Assembly (NCBI GenBank): GCA_964519355.1
Contig: CAZFJW010000001.1
Location: 1-37,995 of the forward strand
Origin: an uncultured Gammaproteobacteria bacterium
GTDB lineage: Bacteria > Patescibacteriota > Microgenomatia > Levybacterales > GWA1-39-11
Reading direction: 5' to 3'
DNA length: 37,995 nucleotides
Shown here piece by piece: positions 8,894 through 17,348 of this stretch; position 1 is the stretch's first letter; the number at the start of each line of letters is the position of its first letter. Both the position numbers and the translations under genes were made by a program. The notes beneath the pieces are model-generated. The model made no database searches. It was given only the letters and a program-made list of their open reading frames with translations, and was not told the origin of the DNA.

Positions 8894-10053
8894 GACTTTT
8901 TGCTTGGTCTCCTCTTTTGTGCCGCAATTGCTATTGCAGCACCAGTTCCAACAGTCAGACCTGCTGCTGCCAGAAATTTCTTACTTCTGTAAATTGGTTT
9001 TTTACCCCCCGCACTATCAACAAACATATCTTGCGCAATTGCACGATCTCCCCCAATAAAATACATTATTCCACGACAATGTTCTGCAACGAGCGCATCC
9101 ATGTCTCTACCCAAAACTGGCATAATCGTTAAATCTCCAAATTCCTGCTCAATTTCATCAGCCGTTCTAAGAAAAGCTCTCCTTGTGTTTGCTACAACCA
9201 AACTCTTTGGATCCTCAAAATCAGTACTTCTAATCAAATCCCTAATTGGCTGGTCGGCAGGTTTCATATAACGCTCAATATGAAATGGTCCGCTTGACGC
9301 TTTGGACCTGATGGTTCGAATTCCATACTGCTCATATTCATCTGCTACTCCTTTTTGGAATGACTCAATTTCTGCGTTGGATCCTCCAAGAATTACCTGA
9401 TCAGGCGCTACATCAAGTGCTAACTCGACATTAAATTCCTTACGATTTTCTCGCAAATGAGTGATAAGATCTACTTGCTCAGGTGAAGCCTCTTCTCCTC
9501 TTTTTTTTCTAACTCCGACAACAACAAGTCCCCCGCCAACTGCGTCTGATGCTTCCTGCATGATAAGTCCGCGCTCTTTATAAAATCTAATCATTTTTTC
9601 AAATGATTTGAATTCATATGGATTCCCAAAGCTGCCTGCTTCATATGCAGCAATTCCAAAAGCCGCGCTTTGTCCAATATTCACAGCAGAAAATCTTCTA
9701 AAACGCAGCGGATTGTCCTCAACCAGCATCGCTTTGCATGCAACACTGTAAGTAGGAATTAAAACCTGAGCGTTTTCTGTACGGTTTAGAAGGTCCTCAG
9801 GACCTTCGAAACTTATCTCTGCAACTTTAATCCCAGATGCGCGCTCTGCACTGGTATATATTTCTCTCACGATAGAACTTTGCTCCCAAAGATCTTTTCC
9901 CATTCCAACTTTTTGAAGACCATGTCCAGTGTACACTTCAATTCTGCCTGTAATTGGCCTATCTTCTTCAACTTGATAACGCACGCGCTCCCATGGCTGG
10001 GGCTGGTGTTGATGAAAAATATTTCGCTCGACCCAATTTCTTCGTTCACTCAT
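8890..10053 (-). CDS. Divergent FabD-like (malonyl-CoA:ACP transacylase fold) acyltransferase with C-terminal membrane anchor
   Basis: It aligns by eye to FabD motifs: GHGLQKVGMGKDL (GQGSQ..GM), GQSAAFG (GHSLGE), KERGLIMQEA (MRGKFMQEA) and SGPFHIERYMKPA (SHCALMKPA). The C-terminus FLAAAGLTVGTGAAIAIAAQKRR is a TM helix. The start is placed at Met13 because TAGAAT (10061-10066, minus strand) lies 7 nt upstream. Confidence 0.65.
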   Translation of the reverse strand: MSERRNWVERNIFHQHQPQPWERVRYQVEEDRPITGRIEVYTGHGLQKVGMGKDLWEQSSIVREIYTSAERASGIKVAEISFEGPEDLLNRTENAQVLIPTYSVACKAMLVEDNPLRFRRFSAVNIGQSAAFGIAAYEAGSFGNPYEFKSFEKMIRFYKERGLIMQEASDAVGGGLVVVGVRKKRGEEASPEQVDLITHLRENRKEFNVELALDVAPDQVILGGSNAEIESFQKGVADEYEQYGIRTIRSKASSGPFHIERYMKPADQPIRDLIRSTDFEDPKSLVVANTRRAFLRTADEIEQEFGDLTIMPVLGRDMDALVAEHCRGIMYFIGGDRAIAQDMFVDSAGGKKPIYRSKKFLAAAGLTVGTGAAIAIAAQKRRPSKKS

Positions 10054-10129
10054 AGACAGAATTCTACGAAAAAAATTCGTACATAGCAACTATCTGTCTC
10101 CAATTTTTGTAACCTAGAACACACAAATC

Positions 10130-10158
10130 TTGTAATCCAAATTACCAAGGTGTAGAAT
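10130..10158 (+). promoter_or_regulatory. Sigma70-like promoter TTGTAA-17-TAGAAT
   Basis: TTGTAA at 10130-10135 and TAGAAT at 10153-10158, with the crp-like ATG 9 nt downstream. The leader would be about 2-3 nt. Confidence 0.4.
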
Positions 10159-10167
10159 GGAAAAATT

Positions 10168-10857
10168 ATGACAACAGCTCTCTCAAAAAGATTAGAAAAG
10201 ATCTGGCAGGAGCCTGATTTTCTCTCCTTTTTTGAACAATACTCTTCACGCCCAGTTCTAAAAATTAAAAAAGGGTCACTCATTTTTTATGAAGGCGACA
10301 AACCAGGTAAAGTTTTTTTTGTAAAAAGCGGCTATGTCAAACTCTTCCACTCTTCAGAATCAGGCAAGGATGCAATCATTTACCTTTATGGACCAGGAAC
10401 AGTCCTTGGTCTTAGAGCACTTACTTCCGAAGATGAACTTTTGAGACATTCTGCCGAAACCCTCACTGACACACAAGTTATTACCCTCTCTCGTGAAGAA
10501 TACATCAAGGCCCTTGGAGAGCACCCTGAATATATAGTTGACCTTCTGCATTTATTCATTGAGAGACTTAATTACACCGAACGCAAACTCTCAGGTTTTA
10601 TCCTTACAGATGTCACAGCACGAGTTGCTAATTTTCTTCTCAATGTTGGAAAAAGATTTGGAGAAAAGACTCCGCAAGGAATTGTTATTCCAATTCCTCT
10701 CACCCATCAGCGAATTGCAGAATTTGTTGGATCTTTTAGAGAAACCGTTACTGGATCTGTTCAAAAACTCGAAAAGGCAAAATGTATTTCATATACAGGA
10801 AAAACACTCACAATAACAAATCTTAAAACGCTAGAAGGATTTATCCACGAACGATAG
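10168..10857 (+). CDS. Crp/Fnr family transcriptional regulator
   Basis: N-terminal cNMP-binding beta-barrel (FYEGDKPGKVFFVKSGYVKL) and a C-terminal HTH (THQRIAEFVGSFRETVTGSVQKLEK). Confidence 0.85.
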   Translation: MTTALSKRLEKIWQEPDFLSFFEQYSSRPVLKIKKGSLIFYEGDKPGKVFFVKSGYVKLFHSSESGKDAIIYLYGPGTVLGLRALTSEDELLRHSAETLTDTQVITLSREEYIKALGEHPEYIVDLLHLFIERLNYTERKLSGFILTDVTARVANFLLNVGKRFGEKTPQGIVIPIPLTHQRIAEFVGSFRETVTGSVQKLEKAKCISYTGKTLTITNLKTLEGFIHER

Positions 10858-10927
10858 TTCTCAACCACGCTCACCAAAAAGTAATCCACGCTACACATGC
10901 ATTGTGATCAATACTACTGAACCAAAA

Positions 10928-10948
10928 AACTCTATACTCTACACTCTA
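10928..10948 (+). repeat. Tandem heptamer repeat (N-ACTCTA) x3
   Basis: AACTCTA TACTCTA CACTCTA end 7 nt before ATG 10956. The reverse complement reads TAGAGT(G/A/T), related to the GTAGNNN heptads elsewhere in the window. Confidence 0.7.
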
Positions 10949-10955
10949 ACTAAAC

Positions 10956-11231
10956 ATGAAACAAACCACCCTCACACCGAGCCCAATCTTTGAATGGCCA
11001 TCTATTTCTCTCCATGACTTTACTGATGTCGAGATTGAATTCAGGCCAGCAAAGATTTTCTATAACGCATTCTTTTCGCTTTTTGTGGTTCCCGGAAAAA
11101 TTATTGATTCGTTCAAAAGTGTATTTCTTTCAGATCAAACAATCGATCCCCATCATGTCGAAATTGGAGAGAAAATTGAAAAAGAACTAATTACACTTTT
11201 TGACAAGGCCTATTCACTTGAGGAAGATTAA
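10956..11231 (+). CDS. Hypothetical protein (91 aa)
   Basis: ORF only; no family recognised. It overlaps the convergent gene by 4 nt. Confidence 0.45.
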   Translation: MKQTTLTPSPIFEWPSISLHDFTDVEIEFRPAKIFYNAFFSLFVVPGKIIDSFKSVFLSDQTIDPHHVEIGEKIEKELITLFDKAYSLEED

Positions 11232-11938
11232 ATTGTACCAGTCAGATAATTTTGTCTCTTTTTTTCCTCAAACCGTTCAATCGCGTACCTGAGCATTGTA
11301 CGAGGCATTTTTTTGTAATGTTTTTTTAAAAAAACCTCTTCCTCTTCTTCAGAAATTCTTTTTCCAACCTCCCGCAGCATCCATCCAACAGCCTTATGTA
11401 TTAAGTCATGCTGGTCTGATATCAAAATCTCTGCAATGCGGAACGTGTCACGAAAATCTTTTTCATACACAATAAAATAGAGTGTTGAAAGTATTGAAAT
11501 TCTACGTTCCCAAAGACTTTCTGATTTGGCAAGTTTTTGCAATATGTCCCGGTCTTTTTTCCCTGACAAATATCTTCCAACAATTTGCGGTGCTGATAAA
11601 TCTACAAGATCCCAGTTATTAATGTTCTCTGTATTAGACAAATAAAGTCTATATATTTGCTCCTGCAAATCGATGTTATGCTTAAATTTTTCAACCAAAA
11701 TCAAAAGTGCAACAAGTCTTTCTTCATGAAATTGAGATTGAAGTAATTTTACTATTTCATCAAGCGGAAGCCCCTCATATCTTCGAGCAACGCTCCGAGA
11801 AACGGGAACTGTTAAACCCAAAAACATATCACCCTCTGCATATTCGCCTTTACCTGTTTTGAAAAAGTGAGATAAAAATTTTGCTTTTGAGGAATTCTTA
11901 AGACTTCGAAGTTCGCCTGACACTTCCTGGGCAATCAT
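11228..11938 (-). CDS. DNA alkylation repair protein (AlkD-like HEAT-repeat family)
   Basis: FFKTGKGEYAEGDMFLGLTVP and WDLVDLSAP...KAVGWMLREVGK patterns are typical of the DNA alkylation repair enzyme family. Confidence 0.7.
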   Translation of the reverse strand: MIAQEVSGELRSLKNSSKAKFLSHFFKTGKGEYAEGDMFLGLTVPVSRSVARRYEGLPLDEIVKLLQSQFHEERLVALLILVEKFKHNIDLQEQIYRLYLSNTENINNWDLVDLSAPQIVGRYLSGKKDRDILQKLAKSESLWERRISILSTLYFIVYEKDFRDTFRIAEILISDQHDLIHKAVGWMLREVGKRISEEEEEVFLKKHYKKMPRTMLRYAIERFEEKKRQNYLTGTI

Positions 11939-11943
11939 TTTTT

Positions 11944-12426
11944 CTATGGCTGAGGTTTTATTTCAAGTAATTCAACTTCAAAGATGAGGCCTGCGTGTGG
12001 AGGAATAAGTCGTCCGGCTCCTGTTTCACCATAACCAAGTTTTGATGGGATTGTAAGTTTTCTTTTTCCTCCCACTTTCATTCCGATCATTCCCTCATCC
12101 CAACCCTGTATCACTGCACCTACTCCAATTTTTGTAACAAATGGAACATTTCTGTCATATGATGAATCAAATTTAGTGCCATCAAGAAGTGTTCCCTTAT
12201 AATTTACAGTCACAATATCTTCCTTTTTCACAGCAGACCCAGTCCCTACTTTAATATCCTCAATAAGAAGCTTTTCGGCATCTTTGACTGGAGCTTGCGT
12301 TGGAGCTGTTGTTATGTCCGGCGTGCCCTGGCTCTCTGACGACTTTTTCGGCTCAGATTTGATAACAACAATAGCTATTACCACAAATACCAGAAGTAAT
12401 GAAATGATTCCAATAATTTTTCCCAT
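11944..12426 (-). CDS. Membrane-anchored FKBP-type peptidyl-prolyl isomerase
   Basis: The catalytic domain is about 75% identical by eye to the 4911-5255 FKBP. It has an N-terminal TM helix (MGKIIGIISLLLVFVVIAIVVI). The start is placed at Met22. Confidence 0.85.
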   Translation of the reverse strand: MGKIIGIISLLLVFVVIAIVVIKSEPKKSSESQGTPDITTAPTQAPVKDAEKLLIEDIKVGTGSAVKKEDIVTVNYKGTLLDGTKFDSSYDRNVPFVTKIGVGAVIQGWDEGMIGMKVGGKRKLTIPSKLGYGETGAGRLIPPHAGLIFEVELLEIKPQP

Positions 12427-12483
12427 GCAGGATACTCTAACCCAAATAGATTCGACTGTCAAGCCTTTGGTATAATAACTATT

Positions 12484-13233
12484 GTGCAAAAGCTATTCAT
12501 ATTCCTTCCTCTTCTTTTTATATTCTTTCTTTCAGCAAAAAACACATCAGCAGCGGGTTTTTTCTACCCAATAACGCATGCTCAAGAGCGAATTACACTC
12601 AAACCTTATGGGATCCTTGTTGATACAGCGTTTTATAAGAATAAAGAAGATCTCTTTAAATCAGCCCGCCCGCAAGGCTATCATGCGGGTACAGATTTTG
12701 AAATTTTGGAAGGCGAACAAGATAAACCCATACCTGTGTATGCTGTAGGTAATGGGAAAATCTTATACGCAGGAGAAGTTAACGGATATGGAGGTGTCAT
12801 TCTGCTTTCTCTTAAGGATAACTCCCAGACAGCGCTCTACGGACATATAAAAACAACTGGAATTAATATAAAAAAAGGAGACACTATTTCTGCTGGAGCA
12901 GTGCTGACATATCTTGGTAATGCTTTTTCAGATGAAACTGATGGAGAGCGCAAACATCTCCATTTTGGAATATACAACGGAACAGATATATATTTTACAG
13001 GTCATGAAAAAACGAAAGAAAACTTATTGAAAAAATGGGTAGATCCGATTCAATTCCTGCGCGAAAACAACGCACAAGAGCCAGGCAGCATGACAAATGA
13101 AACATTTAAGATGAAAGACACCTCTGTTATCGCAGAGCCCGTAACGCAAACCAAATCCAAACAAATCATGCCAGAAGAAGAACTTGGCCCGTTGAAAAAA
13201 ATCATTCGCTGGATACAAAATCTTTTTGTATGA
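12484..13233 (+). CDS. M23 (LytM) family metallopeptidase, secreted
   Basis: HAGTDFE (HxxxD) and HLHFGIY (HxH) motifs plus a signal peptide. The start is GTG. An extended -10 box TGgTATAAT (12468-12476) lies 7 nt upstream. Confidence 0.8.
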   Translation: MQKLFIFLPLLFIFFLSAKNTSAAGFFYPITHAQERITLKPYGILVDTAFYKNKEDLFKSARPQGYHAGTDFEILEGEQDKPIPVYAVGNGKILYAGEVNGYGGVILLSLKDNSQTALYGHIKTTGINIKKGDTISAGAVLTYLGNAFSDETDGERKHLHFGIYNGTDIYFTGHEKTKENLLKKWVDPIQFLRENNAQEPGSMTNETFKMKDTSVIAEPVTQTKSKQIMPEEELGPLKKIIRWIQNLFV

Positions 13234-13820
13234 AAAAAATTCCTAAAGTCCTTAATAAAATCTCATCAATCCTTGGATTATTTTCTGTAGGACTTGGCCT
13301 TCTTCTTTTTGTAACCAAACAAATGAGTCCTAAGAATCCGGAAAATATGCCTCCAGAAAATCTAGCGCAAAAAACAACAACTGCATCGAATGGCAAACAG
13401 CTTGCAACTCCCACCCCTAAAGTTATTGATTATAAGGCGCATTTTGCAATTTTTACGAATGGAACGTTCCGAATTTTTACCTCTTCTATGTATCACAATT
13501 TAGATGAAAACATTTATATTTCATCCAAAAATCCAAATACTGTTCAGGTTAAAAAAGAAAACCTAACATGGCAATATTTTTTCAATACTCTCCCAATAAA
13601 ACTTAACACGCAATGTCTTACAACCGGGACTGGTCAGGAATTCTGTACAAAGGATAAAAATGTTTTACGATTCTTCTTGAACGGAAATGAAGATCCAGAG
13701 GCACTTTCTAAAATTATCCAAGAAGACAGCACGCTGCTTGTCACATTTGGCAATTTAACTGAAAATCAAATAAAAACCCAACTTGAAAAACTACAAGAAA
13801 TACAAATGAAGCAAAACTAA
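13230..13820 (+). CDS. Hypothetical membrane-anchored protein
   Basis: N-terminal TM helix then a soluble domain. An ATGA overlap links it to the M23 peptidase stop, suggesting translational coupling. Confidence 0.6.
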   Translation: MKKIPKVLNKISSILGLFSVGLGLLLFVTKQMSPKNPENMPPENLAQKTTTASNGKQLATPTPKVIDYKAHFAIFTNGTFRIFTSSMYHNLDENIYISSKNPNTVQVKKENLTWQYFFNTLPIKLNTQCLTTGTGQEFCTKDKNVLRFFLNGNEDPEALSKIIQEDSTLLVTFGNLTENQIKTQLEKLQEIQMKQN

Positions 13821-13823
13821 AAT

Positions 13824-14576
13824 TTAGTGGCTTCCTTCAAGAAGCAGTACTGCAATATACATCACAACTATTCCTAAAATAAGCAATACGCTTTCAAAAA
13901 CAGCAAAGCCTTTTTTATTCTCCTCATGAATATCAGGGATAATATCGGAAGTTGCTATATATATAAAAAATCCAGCGGTTATTGCAACAAGAAATGGAAT
14001 GTATTGCTCTAAAATTCCACCCAAAGAGAATGCTAAAATTGCACCTAAAAATGCAGTAAATGCACTGAAGACATTGAACAGCAATATTTTTGAACGTTTG
14101 ACTCCAGCCTTGAGCATAAGGCCAAAATCACCAATTTCTTGCGGAATTTCATGTGCAGCAACAGCAAAAGTTGTAAGCATTCCAAGATGCGGGTCAGTCA
14201 TAAAAGTAATGGCAATTATGACCCCATCGATGAAATTATGCATTGAGTCTCCAAAGATAATAAGCGGAACGACTGGCTTGGTTACCTTTTCATCAGTGTC
14301 ATGGTGATGCCGATGGGTCCAATGCAAAAACCGCTCAGCAAAGAAAAAAATAATAATCCCCAGAAGCGCAAAAAGAAGAACATTATGCATATCGCCGCCC
14401 TCCAAGGCTTCGGGCAAGAGGTCGAAAAACGCAGTACCTAAGAGCACGCCCCCGGCAAGCGCTGCCAAACCATGTATCATTCTATGTGAAACTTTATTAT
14501 TTAGAAGAAGAACGATTCCCCCAACAAGAGAAATAATACTCCCAATCGCTGTATACAATAAAATTTGAAATAACAT
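13824..14576 (-). CDS. ZIP family divalent-metal (zinc) transporter
   Basis: Polytopic protein with a His-rich loop (WTHRHHHDTDEK) and the HEIPQEIGDF motif. The track start is TTG; ATG at 14574-14576 is preferred. Confidence 0.8.
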   Translation of the reverse strand: MLFQILLYTAIGSIISLVGGIVLLLNNKVSHRMIHGLAALAGGVLLGTAFFDLLPEALEGGDMHNVLLFALLGIIIFFFAERFLHWTHRHHHDTDEKVTKPVVPLIIFGDSMHNFIDGVIIAITFMTDPHLGMLTTFAVAAHEIPQEIGDFGLMLKAGVKRSKILLFNVFSAFTAFLGAILAFSLGGILEQYIPFLVAITAGFFIYIATSDIIPDIHEENKKGFAVFESVLLILGIVVMYIAVLLLEGSH

Positions 14577-14683
14577 TTTCAAATCGTATCATATATGCAA
14601 CTCACTTGCAACACGCAATATGTCTCTTCCATTACTCTTTGCAAAATTTATAGTTTTTCTGGTAAGATAATCTTTATTCTAAA

Positions 14684-15778
14684 ATGATTGATCAAAATAA
14701 AGAGAATGAAAAACTTATTGTAATCGCAGAAAAACTTATCTCTCTACGAAAAAAAGTAGGCCTCAATTCTTTTCTTGTGCCAGTTAATTTTGAGGAAGAA
14801 CGAGAGAAATTCTTTGACTCTCCGAATTATCAACCCCAGTTCAGGTATAACACTAAAGAAATACCTGAAAATATAGAGGATGAAATTGCCCAGCTTAAAA
14901 TTGACGTTGTTCATCTTCAAGTTCACCCCCAACTCAATTTACATCTCCAAAATTATATTGTAGATCTTGAGATGCTCCTTGGCACATTAAGATCCATTGG
15001 AACAGAAGCATTTACCGACTACGCATGTGATCTTTTCTCAGAGGAACTCGAGGACGCAACTCGAGAACATTTTCTTGATTCTGAATTTAGATTTGAAAAC
15101 GAAGAAAAAGGTGAACTTCACAACGCACAGCAAATAAAGGAAGCATTTGACAAAGAACTTGAGTTTTATAATTTAAAAAACTATTCAGTTCAGATCATTG
15201 CAAATGGTCCAATAATCGTTGCGGGGCCCACTAGAATTATTTTAGGAGAGGATATCAAAAGATACTCCAACAATGTACGAAGACTTATCATCCATGAAGT
15301 TGAATCCCATGCCATACAGGAATACAACATAGAAAACGCCCTTTCCCCCTTTCTTTCTCTTATCCCGTATGCCAAAATGCGGCTTTGGAGTGAAGGACTT
15401 GCAGTATTTAATGAAGTTCACACCAACACAATAACCCGCTCATCATATCTCAATTATACAAAGCGTTTTGAGGCTGTAAAAATGATGAATAATTCGTTCC
15501 GAGAAATATTTGACTATCTTAATGAATCACTCCACGAAAAAGAAGCATACAAGATTGCATTTAGAGTTAAAAGGGGTCTTTCAGATACGAGTCGTCCCGG
15601 AGGCTTTCCAAAAGATATCGCGTACGCTATCGGCTACTTAAAAGTAAAAAGATACGTCGAAAAAGGAAATTCAAGGTCATTTTTATACAGAATTCCAGAA
15701 CCTGAATTTGGCTCACTTCTCAAATCCCTGAATCTTCTTCCTGAAGATCAAATTGTACTCCCTAAGTTTATCGATTAA
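14684..15778 (+). CDS. DUF1704 / MATCAP-like metallocarboxypeptidase (QEGLA-motif family)
   Basis: HEVESH (HExxH) followed by WSEGLAVFNE, a variant of the family QEGLA motif. 364 aa. Confidence 0.7.
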   Translation: MIDQNKENEKLIVIAEKLISLRKKVGLNSFLVPVNFEEEREKFFDSPNYQPQFRYNTKEIPENIEDEIAQLKIDVVHLQVHPQLNLHLQNYIVDLEMLLGTLRSIGTEAFTDYACDLFSEELEDATREHFLDSEFRFENEEKGELHNAQQIKEAFDKELEFYNLKNYSVQIIANGPIIVAGPTRIILGEDIKRYSNNVRRLIIHEVESHAIQEYNIENALSPFLSLIPYAKMRLWSEGLAVFNEVHTNTITRSSYLNYTKRFEAVKMMNNSFREIFDYLNESLHEKEAYKIAFRVKRGLSDTSRPGGFPKDIAYAIGYLKVKRYVEKGNSRSFLYRIPEPEFGSLLKSLNLLPEDQIVLPKFID

Positions 15779-15805
15779 TCTATTTGGTATAATACGATTT
15801 AGATA

Positions 15806-16579
15806 ATGCAATTTTTGATCCCAAATAGTGTTAGATGGATCACCTCGACTTTGCTGCCAAAAAATGAGGCGTTTTACCCTTCTCTTTCAAGAAGAATTGA
15901 GCATTCAGACCAACATTTCATAGACAACTTTTATATACAACGCTCTGAAATTGATGAAAAGGATTTTCTTGAAAAAATTTTTCCACTCTATGAAAAAGAA
16001 ATAGTAATTCGAGAAAACTATATTTTCGAACCAGCTGAATTAAAAAATAAATATCTTGAGAGAATTCGAGATGGAAGAAAATATTTTCTGTACGGATTTT
16101 ATCAAAAAGAAACAGAAAGTCTTGTTGGTGGGTTTTTATACAGCATCCCGCATGAAATAATCTCAGTCGCAATGAGATTTTTTGACAGATCTATTAATAA
16201 GAATACAAAAACTCAAGCAACTTTGGATTATTGGGGAGAATGGAAATTTTATGATTTTGTAAAAAATGAAGGGCATAACGCCTATTCTTTAGGGATTGAT
16301 CATTATCCAAATATAGATCGTGCTGGCCTACCGTTGTATAAATTAAAAGTTGGATCACTGCCATGCGTGAATATTAAGTCAGAATCAATTACAATACATC
16401 CTGACCCAAAAAAAATCACAGACCATATGATTTTTTTTACCGATGAGGATAAAAGCGGACATTACAGAAAGTTGAATTGTCTATATAAGAACTACATCCA
16501 AGGAGGAGTTCTTGATGAGCTTGAAAAGGTTACAAAGTGGGCTGGATTGGAATTTTACAAAGAAGAAATAAAATTATGA
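15806..16579 (+). CDS. Hypothetical protein, possibly FemAB/GNAT-like acyl- or aminoacyl-transferase fold
   Basis: 257-aa ORF. The fold suggestion is weak and rests only on a C-terminal G-x-D...GL.LYKLKVG pattern. Its stop overlaps the next gene's ATG (ATGA at 16576-16579). Confidence 0.5.
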   Translation: MQFLIPNSVRWITSTLLPKNEAFYPSLSRRIEHSDQHFIDNFYIQRSEIDEKDFLEKIFPLYEKEIVIRENYIFEPAELKNKYLERIRDGRKYFLYGFYQKETESLVGGFLYSIPHEIISVAMRFFDRSINKNTKTQATLDYWGEWKFYDFVKNEGHNAYSLGIDHYPNIDRAGLPLYKLKVGSLPCVNIKSESITIHPDPKKITDHMIFFTDEDKSGHYRKLNCLYKNYIQGGVLDELEKVTKWAGLEFYKEEIKL

Positions 16580-17328
16580 AAATCAATGGAATAAAAACTC
16601 ATACGATTACAAAAAAAGATACTGACATTACAAAAGTTATATCTAAATATGTAACCCGCTTGGAAGAGAAATCAATTCTCATTATTACTTCAAAAATAGT
16701 TTCTATTTGTGAAGGAAATATGGTATCAACCAGCTCTACTGATAAAGACACGCTTATTCAGAATGAGGCCGAATACTATATTCCAAGGACCAAAAGTCAC
16801 TATAACGTATGTCTTACTATCAACAATGGAATTCTTGCACCATCAGCTGGTATTGACGAATCAAACGCAGACGGCAACTATATACTTTGGCCAAAGGATT
16901 CACAAAAATCGGCCAATTCAATTCGTGAATTTATAACAAATTACTATAAAGTCCAGCATGCAGGAGTTCTTATTATCGATAGTAAAACTACTCCACTTAG
17001 GTGGGGAACTACTGGGATTGCACTTTCATGGAGTGGATTTTTGCCATTGAAAGACTACATCGGCGCACCAGATTTGTTTGGCAGGATTATGAAAATGACC
17101 AATCAAAGTCTTATTGATGGACTAGCCTCTGCTGCCAATCTTGTTATGGGCGAAGGAAATGAAGCAACTCCTATCGCTATTGCTCAAGATCTCTCATTTA
17201 TTGAGTTCGTTGATAGTAATCCAACCCAAGAAGAAATCAACAACCTTATGATAAATCCAAAGGACGACCTGTATGAACCGATCCTTTCACATGCTCCATG
17301 GAAAAAGCGTGTTGACACGAAGCCCTAA
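16576..17328 (+). CDS. CofE-like (F420-0:gamma-glutamyl ligase family) protein
   Basis: ITSKIVSICEG, SAGIDESN, LIIDSKTTPLRWGTTGIALSWSG and KDYIG..DLFGR...ANLVMGEGNEATPIA align with CofE motifs. The start is at Met14 of the track ORF. Confidence 0.8.
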   Translation: MKINGIKTHTITKKDTDITKVISKYVTRLEEKSILIITSKIVSICEGNMVSTSSTDKDTLIQNEAEYYIPRTKSHYNVCLTINNGILAPSAGIDESNADGNYILWPKDSQKSANSIREFITNYYKVQHAGVLIIDSKTTPLRWGTTGIALSWSGFLPLKDYIGAPDLFGRIMKMTNQSLIDGLASAANLVMGEGNEATPIAIAQDLSFIEFVDSNPTQEEINNLMINPKDDLYEPILSHAPWKKRVDTKP

Positions 17329-17348
17329 TTCACATATCCTTATTAAAC

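Noticed and set aside
9313-9324. GGTTCGAATTCC, a tRNA T-loop-like string
   Set aside because: It lies inside the FabD-like coding sequence, and I could not find acceptor or anticodon stems around it. No tRNA was found in any intergenic spacer.
16576-16579. Possible alternative genetic code (UGA recoding, as in some CPR lineages)
   Set aside because: Genes end cleanly at TGA as well as TAA and TAG, for example the ATGA overlap here and at 7651-7654. Conserved proteins have normal lengths under the standard code.
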